Shown piece by piece: positions 17,288 through 26,686 of a stretch of 49,201 nucleotides of DNA (positions are counted from its first letter, which is position 1; every line of letters begins with the position of its first letter). The stretch spans positions 1-49,201 of the forward strand of contig JAIVZN010000003.1 in the NCBI GenBank assembly GCA_048634875.1. Reading direction: 5' to 3'. The notes below the pieces were generated by a model that was not told where the DNA came from, made no database searches, and saw only the letters and a program-made list of their open reading frames with translations. Position numbers and translations under genes: made by a program. This DNA comes from Deltaproteobacteria bacterium. GTDB lineage: Bacteria; CG03; SLGR01; JBDRKX01.

Positions 17288-20200
17288 ATGAATGTACTGG
17301 AAAAAATTATAGCCTATTTTGTTAACCGTCATCTGTTGACAAATCTAATGTTTATCATCGTTTTTGTAGGCGGCATATTTGCATGGAACAACATGAGCAA
17401 AGAGGAGATGCCTGATGTTACTTTTGACTTCGCGCGTATACGCGCCCGTTATCCGGGCGCAACAGCCGAAGAAGTAGAATACTTTGTTACAAAACCGATA
17501 GAAGAACGGGTCAGGGGGCTTGACGGTATTTACAGGGTCACGAGCACATCCAGTGACGGAAGCTGCAGTATCTCGGTTGAATTAGAGCAGAATCTGCCCA
17601 ACAGGGACGAAGTCATAATGGAGATAAGGAGCGCCGCGCTGGATGCAAGGCTGCCTGATGATGTTACGGATGAACCCTACGTAAGGGTGCATAAGACCAG
17701 CAAGCGCGCGATTATAGATATAGCTGTTATAGACACAAAAACACATCTTCTTGATGTCAAGTCCCGAAAACACCTGCAGGAGTATGCTCATGCCCTTGAG
17801 AGTCAGCTCCTGAACCTGCCTGAAGTAAACAGTATTAATAAAACCAATTATCTGCAGGAGGAAATCCAGATCATGGCTGACCCGGAAAAACTGCATGAAT
17901 ATGATATCCCGTTTAATACGGTCATGCGTGAAGTCAAAGCTAACCATGTACGGCAGCCGGCAGGCAGCATAGAGATAAAAGGCGAACCCAAAGTAACTTT
18001 AATCTCTGAACTTGATACCGTTAAAAAGCTGAACAACCTGATCATACAGGGGGGATTTGAGGGGCAGGTAGTGAAGTTAGGTCAGATAGCCGATGTTGTA
18101 GAGGCCTTCAAAAATAATAAATCAATATTTAAGATCAACGGGCATGAAGCGGTAATGCTCCGGGTCGTTAAAAACAGCGCTTACGGCATACTGGAAGCGC
18201 TTGATTCCGTCCGGAAGAAACTGGAAAGTTTTCGTAAGAACAATCTTGAAGGGACATCCATAGAACTTATTACGCTTGATGACGAATCCGTGGACCTGAA
18301 AAACCGCCTGTCGCTTATCGCGACAAACGGTTCTATCGGATTTGTACTGATATTGATAATGCTTTTTATCTTTCTGAATTTCAAGTCGGGCGCATGGGTG
18401 GCAGCGGGGATCCCTTTTACGATATTTTTCACCATGATATGCGCATGGATGATGGGGTACACCGTAAATAATGTGACCCTTGCAGGAATTATTATCGTAA
18501 TGGGAATGATCGTAGACGACGCCATAGTAGTAGCGGAGAATATAACCCGTATGCATGCCCAAGGCAGGTCTTCCGAGTCCGCTGCAGTAAAAGGGACCGC
18601 AATGGTATTTTTCCCTGTTGTGGCAAGCGTGCTCACAACATGCATCGCGTTTATCCCGCTTTTCTTTTTCCAGGGAAGGTTCGTCCAGATGCTTAAATTT
18701 ATTCCTCTGATTATATTTTTTATGCTGGGGGCAAGCCTTCTTGAGTCACTGATAATACTCCCCGGGCATATGCACCTAAAAATACCTGAGCTCAGGGGAT
18801 TTTTTAATAAGTCCAGGAAGAAAGACACAAAAAAAGAAACAAAAACCCACTGGTTCGGAAAAGTGGAAGATGCCTACGGAAGCATGCTGGAAAGAGTCCT
18901 TCCTTTCAAATGGATCGTATTCGGTGTATTTGTTTTCCTGCTTTTATTCTCGGGCTACATTGTCAAAACAAAGATGAAGTTTGTTATGTTCCCGCGAGAG
19001 GAAACAAGAAGTATCACTATAAGCGGCAATGCAGGAGCCGGTGCTGACCGTTATGATACGGCCCGATTAACAAAGAAGATAGAAAATATTCTTTCAGAAT
19101 ATCTGGGAAAGGAAGTGATAGGTTTCAGGACGCGTGTAGCCAGTAGTCACCACGGCAGAGTAGTGGAAGAAAACAAGTTCCGCCTGAACGCCGAAATACT
19201 GCCTAAGGAAAAGCGCAAAAAATCAGCCGACCAGTTGATAAAAGAATGGAAGGCGAAGATTGCGGGAATCAAGGGCCTGAAAGAACTGAAAATTTCCAAA
19301 AGCCGTTGGGGACAGTCCAGCGGCAGCCCGATTGAGCTTGTTGTCATGGAAAACAATGACGAGATAAGAAATACCGTATCTGAACAGATGGCAGAGTCTA
19401 TGAAAAAACACCCGGCGCTTTTGAATGTAGAGATATCCCGGCCCATGAATAATCCGGAATACAAGATAAGCCTTAAACGCGAAAAAATCAAGCGCCTATC
19501 TATTACGCCGTCAGATGTCTCATCTACCATAAGGGCGGCTCTTGAGGGTACCATCTTATACAACCTGCCTGTTGGAGACGAAGAAATAGCTGTCCGTTTT
19601 ACGACCGTTAAACAGGCAAAAGACAATATTGAGAAGATACTGGATATCCCGGTGGAAAACAGGGGGGACTACATGGTCCCCTTGAGGGATATAGTCAATG
19701 TAGATAAAACTGTTACGCCCAGTTCTATTGAAAGGAAAGGCAGTAAAAGGATAACAAAAGTATTTGCTGATATAAAAACGGATTCAGAACTGACGCCTGT
19801 TGAAATAGCCGAATATTTTGAGGACAATGAATTCCACGAAATTTTATCCAGATACCCGACGGCGCTGCTGGCTTTTGAGGGAGAAGTACAGGATACGCGG
19901 GAGTCCGGAGGAGAGTTAAAGTATGCGGTCATAGCTGTCATATTCCTTATATATGTAGTGCTTCTCCTTCTTTTTAATTCATTGATCAAGCCGGTAATAA
20001 TAATGCTGGCGATCCCGTTCGGGGTTGTGGGCGTTATTCTTGCTTTCTGGCTGCACGGGAAACTGCTGTTCGGGTTTTTTGCTGCTATCGGCGCCATAGG
20101 GCTGGCAGGAGTTGTCGTAAATGATTCCATAATAATGCTTGTTAAACTGGACAGGAAATACGATGATACGAAGGGTAAGAAAAACTCTAATAAACAAATA

Positions 20201-20455
20201 GCTTCCATAGGCAAAACAAGGCTGCGCGCTGTTACCCTGACCACACTTACCACGGTTGCAGGAATAGTGCCTACAGCCTACGGTTTTGTAGGGTATGACG
20301 CGATGCTGGCGGAGATGATGTTAGCTATAATCTGGGGATTGCTGTTCGGTACGCTGATCACTCTGCTGTTGATACCCTGCAGTTTCAGTCTGCTCCAGGA
20401 TATCCGGTTTTTCATGAAACGAACATGGGCCTTCGGCTCACAAAAGGAGATGTAA
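17288..20455 (+). CDS. RND efflux transporter permease (AcrB/D/F family)
   Basis: 1055 aa; YPGATAEEVE, GMIVDDAIVVAEN, GVVVNDSI, RLRAV.LTTLTT. Confidence 0.93.
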   Translation: MNVLEKIIAYFVNRHLLTNLMFIIVFVGGIFAWNNMSKEEMPDVTFDFARIRARYPGATAEEVEYFVTKPIEERVRGLDGIYRVTSTSSDGSCSISVELEQNLPNRDEVIMEIRSAALDARLPDDVTDEPYVRVHKTSKRAIIDIAVIDTKTHLLDVKSRKHLQEYAHALESQLLNLPEVNSINKTNYLQEEIQIMADPEKLHEYDIPFNTVMREVKANHVRQPAGSIEIKGEPKVTLISELDTVKKLNNLIIQGGFEGQVVKLGQIADVVEAFKNNKSIFKINGHEAVMLRVVKNSAYGILEALDSVRKKLESFRKNNLEGTSIELITLDDESVDLKNRLSLIATNGSIGFVLILIMLFIFLNFKSGAWVAAGIPFTIFFTMICAWMMGYTVNNVTLAGIIIVMGMIVDDAIVVAENITRMHAQGRSSESAAVKGTAMVFFPVVASVLTTCIAFIPLFFFQGRFVQMLKFIPLIIFFMLGASLLESLIILPGHMHLKIPELRGFFNKSRKKDTKKETKTHWFGKVEDAYGSMLERVLPFKWIVFGVFVFLLLFSGYIVKTKMKFVMFPREETRSITISGNAGAGADRYDTARLTKKIENILSEYLGKEVIGFRTRVASSHHGRVVEENKFRLNAEILPKEKRKKSADQLIKEWKAKIAGIKGLKELKISKSRWGQSSGSPIELVVMENNDEIRNTVSEQMAESMKKHPALLNVEISRPMNNPEYKISLKREKIKRLSITPSDVSSTIRAALEGTILYNLPVGDEEIAVRFTTVKQAKDNIEKILDIPVENRGDYMVPLRDIVNVDKTVTPSSIERKGSKRITKVFADIKTDSELTPVEIAEYFEDNEFHEILSRYPTALLAFEGEVQDTRESGGELKYAVIAVIFLIYVVLLLLFNSLIKPVIIMLAIPFGVVGVILAFWLHGKLLFGFFAAIGAIGLAGVVVNDSIIMLVKLDRKYDDTKGKKNSNKQIASIGKTRLRAVTLTTLTTVAGIVPTAYGFVGYDAMLAEMMLAIIWGLLFGTLITLLLIPCSFSLLQDIRFFMKRTWAFGSQKEM

Positions 20456-20456
20456 A

Positions 20457-20541
20457 TAATCGAGACCTAAAAATACATTTTTTTGCTCCGGAGACTAAAG
20501 AGTCACAAGTCGCAAAAAATGCATCCTTTAGGACTCAATTA
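20457..20541. repeat. Imperfect long inverted repeat (MITE-like)
   Basis: taatcgagacctaaaaatacatttttttgc pairs imperfectly with gcaaaaaatgcatcctttaggactcaatta; internal gact-aaag-agtc hairpin. Confidence 0.6.
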
Positions 20542-20606
20542 AGGAAAGGAGTTTATTTACGGGTGAAAACGACGCTGTTTAAAGGCGGCTTAAGAAACAT
20601 ATAGCC

Positions 20607-22001
20607 ATGAAAAACATAACTAAAATATTTATTTTTGCAACTTTGATTTTCCTGCACGATTTCAGCCTTCTTTTTGCTGAAAGAGAAATAGATAAGAAAA
20701 AAGTGAGTGTTCTGCCCATAGAAAAATTTATTGAAACAGCCATTGAAAAAGATACGGTCTTTGAAGAGATATTAATAGATGAAATGACCCTGAGATACAG
20801 GAAAGACCTGAATCTGCCGGCTAAAGACCTGATATTAACAGTTAAAAGCCAGTATGAGTTTTTTCTCAATCACCCCGATGCCGCAATTTCCTTAAGCAGG
20901 CTTTTCCCTTATACCGCCACAGATATTACCGCTCAATACAGAATAGCTCCGCTCGCCGGTTCGGATAAAAACAGTTCTGAATTCACTTTACTTATCTCTC
21001 AGCCGATAGCAAGGAACGCTTTCGGAAAAGCAACGCTTCTTAAGGACAAGATAGTGGGCGCAGAAATCAATGTAATAAAGCATCAGGTAGTTGAGGCATA
21101 CGAAGATTACATGGCAACTGTCATAACAGCATATTACAACTGGTATTTAGCTTATGAAAACCTTAAAATAGGAGAATCATCTTACCTACAGAATTTAGAA
21201 TTACTACGGAATATCAGAAAGAGGCGCCGGAATAATATAGCTCTCCCTATTGATGTCAATAAGATAAACATACAGGTCCTGATAAAAAAAGAAAATCTGA
21301 TAAGACTGCAGGAAAAGTATGAAAATGTACTTAATTTTGTAAAACAAACAATAAGATACAGGGGAGATGAGATATTGGAACCCGCTGATCCCCTTATGTA
21401 TGATAACAGAGAAATCTTTTTTAAGGATGATTACGAAAGATTTACACAAACCAGCCGCACATATCATATTTTAAATCTTTTAGAAGAGAAAAGTTCGCTG
21501 GAAGTAAAAAAGGACGCTGAGGATCTTCTCCCATCCACAAATCTGCTGCTTGGTTATGAATTGGAAGGAGAAGGCATAAGCATAGAAAATCCGGATAATC
21601 TGCTTTTTGCAGGTATTTCAATAACATGGCCGTTTTCTGATCAGAGAGAACTCGCTGAATATGAAATATCAAAAATAGCGAATCAAAAAACCCTGTTATC
21701 CAATAAGAACAAATATATTCAACTGCATACGGATTTAAAGGGTTTATTTATTCAGATTGAAAGGGATAAAAAATTAATATCAATAGCCCGGGAAAAGATT
21801 ATGCTCGCAGAATCAATACTGGAAGATGAAACAAAAAACTACTCTTACGGTAAAGTCTCTCTGAATGATTTTATTGATGCTGCTAACAGGGTGGATGAAA
21901 ACAAATTTAATAAAATACTCCGGTCCGTGCAGCTTAAGATACTTATGACAGAATGGCTTAGAATGACGGATCAACTGATTTCAAAAAAAGAGGTTAAATG
22001 A
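20607..22001 (+). CDS. TolC-family outer membrane efflux protein
   Basis: Signal peptide, two OEP-like repeats (SQPIARNAFG; V..AYYNW; LLPS..L; Y.YGKVSL.D); follows the RND gene. Confidence 0.8.
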   Translation: MKNITKIFIFATLIFLHDFSLLFAEREIDKKKVSVLPIEKFIETAIEKDTVFEEILIDEMTLRYRKDLNLPAKDLILTVKSQYEFFLNHPDAAISLSRLFPYTATDITAQYRIAPLAGSDKNSSEFTLLISQPIARNAFGKATLLKDKIVGAEINVIKHQVVEAYEDYMATVITAYYNWYLAYENLKIGESSYLQNLELLRNIRKRRRNNIALPIDVNKINIQVLIKKENLIRLQEKYENVLNFVKQTIRYRGDEILEPADPLMYDNREIFFKDDYERFTQTSRTYHILNLLEEKSSLEVKKDAEDLLPSTNLLLGYELEGEGISIENPDNLLFAGISITWPFSDQRELAEYEISKIANQKTLLSNKNKYIQLHTDLKGLFIQIERDKKLISIAREKIMLAESILEDETKNYSYGKVSLNDFIDAANRVDENKFNKILRSVQLKILMTEWLRMTDQLISKKEVK

Positions 22002-22017
22002 AAAAAAGGAGGATTGT

Positions 22018-22461
22018 GTGATGAACAAAAAACCGGCAATTATTATTGCTATCCTTTTACTGTGTATTTCAGGAATGTTTGTATTAGCTGAAACCGATAA
22101 AATCAAAAAAAATTTTAGAAAAGGAATAGAATATACTAATCAGGGAAAGTATGACCTGGCTATTGAGAAATTTACTGCGGTAATTACGAGTGATAAAGAT
22201 TACGCAAATGCCTATTTGGCTCTGGGGATTGTTTATATCAATAAGAAAATGGAAAACGAAGCAGTTATTTTACTGGAAAAAGCAATAGAATTGGAACCAG
22301 GTAATAAAAAAGCGCATTTTATTTTAGCAAGACTCTATGAAAAATTAGAAGAGGAAGAAAAGGCTGTTAAAATATGGGAAAAATATCTTGAACTGAATCC
22401 GGATGATAAATATGTAGAAATAGCAGAAAAACATTTAAAGAGGTTAAAAGATAAAAAATGA
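22018..22461 (+). CDS. Secreted TPR protein
   Basis: Signal peptide plus about three TPR repeats (AYLALG.VY, AHFILARLY, YLELNP). Confidence 0.8.
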   Translation: MMNKKPAIIIAILLLCISGMFVLAETDKIKKNFRKGIEYTNQGKYDLAIEKFTAVITSDKDYANAYLALGIVYINKKMENEAVILLEKAIELEPGNKKAHFILARLYEKLEEEEKAVKIWEKYLELNPDDKYVEIAEKHLKRLKDKK

Positions 22462-23072
22462 AGCTTAAATTAAGTAAAAATACGGTATTCCTGACTGTTA
22501 GTCTCGCGATTTGTGCTGTTTTCATTGGCTGCGGGCCAAAAGTGGCGTTTAGAAGCGATTATGACTTTAAGAAGATTGCCCGAATAGGCGTGTTAAAGTT
22601 TGATAGTTCTCAAATCCAATATTTACCTTCTTATGACCCTGGCAACGCAATAGCGGATGAATTTGTATTCCAATTCTTAAATAGAGGAATAAAAGTTGTG
22701 GAGCGTTCTCATATTGAAAATGTAATTAAAGAACAAAAGCTGTGGAAAAGCGGCTACATAGATCCTGCAACAATAAAAAAAATGGGAAAGATTCTTGGAG
22801 TAGATGCGTTAATTATGGGAAGTGTGACCAGATACATCCCGGACAAAAAAAATAGAGTATATATAAAGGATGACCAGGGAAAGATACAAGAGGAGATATT
22901 TTTAGTAGAAGCAGAAGTTGGCATTAGCGCAAGAATGGTTGATGTGGTAACCGGGGAGGTTATTTGGGTTAGTTCATATGTATATGACTCTTTTTATGTA
23001 GACACTGCAATAAGACAAGCTGTTAGCGCTATACTTGATTCTTTGAAAAAAATATGGCTGGTTAATAATTAA
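22458..23072 (+). CDS. CsgG/HfaB-like lipoprotein
   Basis: Lipobox FIGC; VVERS....VIKEQ, G.ILGVDALI.GSV, ARMVDV.TGEVIW. Confidence 0.75.
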   Translation: MKLKLSKNTVFLTVSLAICAVFIGCGPKVAFRSDYDFKKIARIGVLKFDSSQIQYLPSYDPGNAIADEFVFQFLNRGIKVVERSHIENVIKEQKLWKSGYIDPATIKKMGKILGVDALIMGSVTRYIPDKKNRVYIKDDQGKIQEEIFLVEAEVGISARMVDVVTGEVIWVSSYVYDSFYVDTAIRQAVSAILDSLKKIWLVNN

Positions 23073-24481
23073 GGGTTCAATAAGCCCCTGATAAAAAATC
23101 TTGCCCAGATAAAGGCCGAGATAGATGCAAGCCATGAGCCGCAGACAATACCTGCATATATACCCGTCATCCCCATACCCAAAAAGATACCGAACAAAGC
23201 AGCCAGAGGCACACTGAAAAGGAGTGTCCGTGCAATTGTGATAATCAATGAATTAACACCCCTGCCCACTCCCTGAAACATTGCAGATGAAAGCATACCA
23301 AATGCAACTGCCGGATAAAAAAACAACATTGTCCTTAAAAGAGAAATAATATCATCTTTCAATATTGCTGTATCCATAGACCAGGTAAATACTTTTGAAA
23401 TAACAGGAGCTGATATAAAGGTGGCTACTGCAAAACAGACCTCTATAATAAACCCGATTTTAACAGCATAAAAAAATGCTGTTTCCAGTTTTTTAAACTC
23501 ACTCCCTCCGAAAGCGGCTCCCGAAACAGAAGTCACGGCAGTTGCTATTCCCAAAAGAGGCAGAATTGCAATCATAACAACTCTCCATCCTGTCGTAAAT
23601 ACTGCCACCCCGTTATCGCCGGCAATCATAGTGATAAGTTTTGTAATAAAAAACATCATGAGCGCCATGGACATCTGCGAAAGAGCAGACGGTATGCCTA
23701 CTTTAAGAATATCATACAATATAGTTTTCCTAAAGCGGAATCTTCTGAAAGATATTGAAACATGTGTCTCTTTCTGTATAAATAGCCAGTAAAACAGAAA
23801 AAGAGATGAAATTCCCATAGACAGGACAGTCGCATAAGCCGCTCCGGCAACTCCTAAATTCAGCCCGAGATTCAGCGTATATCCGAATGGCAATATTACG
23901 GTAAAACGGTAGATAAAAACAGGGTCAAGGAAAATATTCAATAAAGTGCCTATAAGTATTGCTTTCATAGCCCTTCCTGCGTCTCCCTCACTCCTTAGCA
24001 AAGCATTCGCCACTTGTATAAAAAAGATTAAAATTGACCCGGCGAACATTATACGGGCATATGAAACGGTTATATCAAGGGCTTTCCCGGCTCCTATTAA
24101 TAGAAAAAGCTGCCTTACAAATATCACAGCAGGTATTGAATACACAATAGACGCTATAACCATAAGAATAATAGTATGTACAGCGACAGAACTGGCTTCT
24201 TTATGATTTCCTGCTCCTATTTGCTGCGATATTGCCGCGCCACCCCCAATCCCAAGCCCGGCAGATAAAGCTCCAACAAGCATCATAAACGGAAAAAAGA
24301 AACCTACCGCTGCAAGGGCTGACGGCCCTTTTCCTGATACCCAAACAGCATCGGCAAGATTATAAACTGTCTGCGCAGCCATAGCAATTATCATGGGGAC
24401 AGAGAGTTTTAGTATTGCATTTTTTGGATTACCCAGCAGGATTTTTACCCCTTTTGTCTGTAAATTAGTTTCTTTTGTCAT
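23069..24481 (-). CDS. MATE efflux transporter, DinF subfamily
   Basis: YNLADAVWV, LRSEGDA, NIFLDP; about 12 TM. Overlaps the convergent gene's stop (TTAA). ATG 24481 preferred over TTG 24496. Confidence 0.92.
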   Translation of the reverse strand: MTKETNLQTKGVKILLGNPKNAILKLSVPMIIAMAAQTVYNLADAVWVSGKGPSALAAVGFFFPFMMLVGALSAGLGIGGGAAISQQIGAGNHKEASSVAVHTIILMVIASIVYSIPAVIFVRQLFLLIGAGKALDITVSYARIMFAGSILIFFIQVANALLRSEGDAGRAMKAILIGTLLNIFLDPVFIYRFTVILPFGYTLNLGLNLGVAGAAYATVLSMGISSLFLFYWLFIQKETHVSISFRRFRFRKTILYDILKVGIPSALSQMSMALMMFFITKLITMIAGDNGVAVFTTGWRVVMIAILPLLGIATAVTSVSGAAFGGSEFKKLETAFFYAVKIGFIIEVCFAVATFISAPVISKVFTWSMDTAILKDDIISLLRTMLFFYPAVAFGMLSSAMFQGVGRGVNSLIITIARTLLFSVPLAALFGIFLGMGMTGIYAGIVCGSWLASISAFIWARFFIRGLLNP

Positions 24482-24625
24482 TTGAAATAAACTCAATTCT
24501 TTTCTTTTGTTTAAAGAAAAGAATATAACATATAACTTAAAAAGTAAATCTATGCTCTTAATTGCTGAAAGCTATTTGATTTAAATATAAAAAATATTAA
24601 GATTATAATTGGAAAGTAATAAATC

Positions 24626-24655
24626 TTTCCAGAGAAATTGAGAAATTTGGAGATG
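24626..24655. repeat. Half copy of the GAGAAATT octamer element
   Basis: tttccagagaaatt-gagaaatt-tggagat; the first 14 bp are identical to 39023-39036. Confidence 0.5.
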
Positions 24656-24665
24656 GGGAGGAATA

Positions 24666-25304
24666 ATGGAAAAACTTATTGAAGAAATAAAAAAAATTAA
24701 CAAAGACAATCTTGTTTCAATTATTCGGTATAACAAAAACCACATATTAGTATTACTTAAAGAGATAAATTTCAATAATCTTATTGAAAATTCCAGGATA
24801 GTAAAAAAATTACAGAAAAAAGAAATTATTCCCTTATACCTTACCAATGAATATATTAAAACATCCTGCGATGTATACCCGCTTGAATACATTAATATGA
24901 AGAATAACTATGAAGTAGTATATGGAAAAGACATATTAGAAGAGTTACATATACCTTCAGAGAATTTAAGGTTAGAAAGTGAACAAAAAATCAAAGGCGC
25001 TCTAATAAGAATAACGCAGGTAATACTCGAGCAGGGAAATAATAAAAAGAAACTTTCTAAAACTTCTTTTTTAGCTCTGGAAGATATCCTTGAAGGCATT
25101 AAAGGGATGCTTAAATTAGCAAATATTGCCGGCGCAGACTTAGACAGCGCTCAAAAACAATTTAATATTGAACTGCAGCCTATAAAAGATATAGTAAATT
25201 GGAAGAATGGGACCAACCCCAAGGATTATAAAAAGCTTATTTATGACTTTTACGAGAAAATTGAAGAACTTGCAGTCATAGTGGATAAAATGGAAGTATC
25301 TTAA
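24666..25304 (+). CDS. Degenerate nucleotidyltransferase-fold-like protein associated with TPM/LemA
   Basis: NLVSIIRY, S.DVYPLEY..MK.NY.VVYGKD.L, NLRLESE..IKG.L.R; upstream of TPM and LemA. Confidence 0.55.
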   Translation: MEKLIEEIKKINKDNLVSIIRYNKNHILVLLKEINFNNLIENSRIVKKLQKKEIIPLYLTNEYIKTSCDVYPLEYINMKNNYEVVYGKDILEELHIPSENLRLESEQKIKGALIRITQVILEQGNNKKKLSKTSFLALEDILEGIKGMLKLANIAGADLDSAQKQFNIELQPIKDIVNWKNGTNPKDYKKLIYDFYEKIEELAVIVDKMEVS

Positions 25305-25305
25305 A

Positions 25306-26016
25306 ATGAAAAAAGGGCAAATATTATTTTTACTTTTCAGCTTCCTGCTTATTGGCGCAACTTTTCCCAAACCAAAAGGTTATGTAAATGATTTTGCCGG
25401 AATCATTAATCACCAGACAAGAAATACAATTCATTCCTTAGCGTACGAATTAGAACAAAAAAGCGGCGCTCAACTATCTGTCGTTACTGTAAAGAGCCTT
25501 GATGGATCAGATATAGAAAGTTATGCGTGGAAGTTATTTGAAAAATGGGGTATTGGCGAAAAAGGCAAAGATACAGGGGTTCTTCTATTAGTTGCTCCTG
25601 TTGAGAGAAAAATGCGTATAGAAGCAGGGTACGGGTTTGAAGGAGCAATTCCTGATGGTTTAGCAGGAGAAATTATTAGAAAAGATATAATCCCGTATTT
25701 TAAAAAGGGAGACATGGACCAGGGAATACTCCGTGGGTCACTGATACTTCTTAAACTTATGTCTGAGGAGATGGGAGTATCGCTTAGCGGAAGTTACCAA
25801 ATCCCTGAGAGAGTAGAAAGCAGGCCTTCACCATTAAGAGTAATCTTCAATATACTTTTTATTTTTATGATATTAGGCGGAAGATGGTTTATATTCCCAT
25901 TTTTTCTTGGAGGATTTGGCGGCGGCTACCACAGCCGTGGGGGCGGCGGATTCGGCGGGTTTGGAGGATTTGGCGGCGGATTGTCAGGAGGCGGGGGCGC
26001 AAGCGGTTCATGGTAA
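25306..26016 (+). CDS. TPM (DUF477) domain protein with Gly-rich tail
   Basis: YVNDFA, WGIG.KG.D.GVLLLVA..ER..RIE.GYG.EG..PD; C-terminal GGGLSGGGGASGSW. Confidence 0.92.
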   Translation: MKKGQILFLLFSFLLIGATFPKPKGYVNDFAGIINHQTRNTIHSLAYELEQKSGAQLSVVTVKSLDGSDIESYAWKLFEKWGIGEKGKDTGVLLLVAPVERKMRIEAGYGFEGAIPDGLAGEIIRKDIIPYFKKGDMDQGILRGSLILLKLMSEEMGVSLSGSYQIPERVESRPSPLRVIFNILFIFMILGGRWFIFPFFLGGFGGGYHSRGGGGFGGFGGFGGGLSGGGGASGSW

Positions 26017-26022
26017 TAAACA

Positions 26023-26080
26023 TATTATCCCATTTGTTGCAATAGGAATTCCATTTTCTATTGCAATAAATGGGATTATA
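26023..26080. repeat. Long hairpin (22-bp stem) before the lemA SD
   Basis: 26027-26048 pairs with 26055-26076 (two G-U pairs), 6-nt loop. Confidence 0.75.
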
Positions 26081-26097
26081 CAAGGAGGAGGCATAAT

Positions 26098-26676
26098 ATG
26101 AAGAAAGGCGTTATTATTTTTATAGCTATTATTGCTCTTTTCGTAATTGGAATTAGCTGGTATATAAATGGTTTAAACAGAGTCGTACGTATTGATGAGA
26201 ATGTTAATCAGGACTGGGCTGAAATTGAAAACCAGCTTCAGAGAAGGAATGACCTCATCCCAAATCTTGTAAATACAATAAAAGGATACGCAAAACACGA
26301 AAAGCAGATATTTATCCATGTAGCTGACGCAAGAGCTAAATTAGCCGGTGTAATCAAACAGGGAGGATCGCTTGGCGCTAAGATTGATGCAGCAAAAGAA
26401 ATGCAGACTGCGCTATCCAGACTGCTTGTAATTGTGGAAAATTATCCTCAGTTGAAAGCTAATGAAAATTTCATGAGATTACAGGATGAATTGTCCGGCA
26501 CAGAAAACCGAATTGCAGTAGCAAGGACCCGTTACAACAGAGCGGTCAGGATATTTAATTCCTATATAAGAGAAGTTTTTGGTGAGTTTTTTGCCAAAAA
26601 AAGAGGATTAAACGAACCAAGACCTTACTTTGAAATAGAAGAAAAAGCTAAAGAAGTTCCCAAAGTAAATTTTTGA
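26098..26676 (+). CDS. lemA: LemA family protein
   Basis: QLQRRNDLIPNLV, ENYPQLKANENF..LQ.EL.GTENRIAVAR.RYN. Confidence 0.95.
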   Translation: MKKGVIIFIAIIALFVIGISWYINGLNRVVRIDENVNQDWAEIENQLQRRNDLIPNLVNTIKGYAKHEKQIFIHVADARAKLAGVIKQGGSLGAKIDAAKEMQTALSRLLVIVENYPQLKANENFMRLQDELSGTENRIAVARTRYNRAVRIFNSYIREVFGEFFAKKRGLNEPRPYFEIEEKAKEVPKVNF

Positions 26677-26686
26677 AGAAGTTATT

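Noticed and set aside
25907-26101. 64-aa ORF across the TPM tail and hairpin
   Set aside because: Alternative frame of Gly-codon-rich DNA plus a palindrome.
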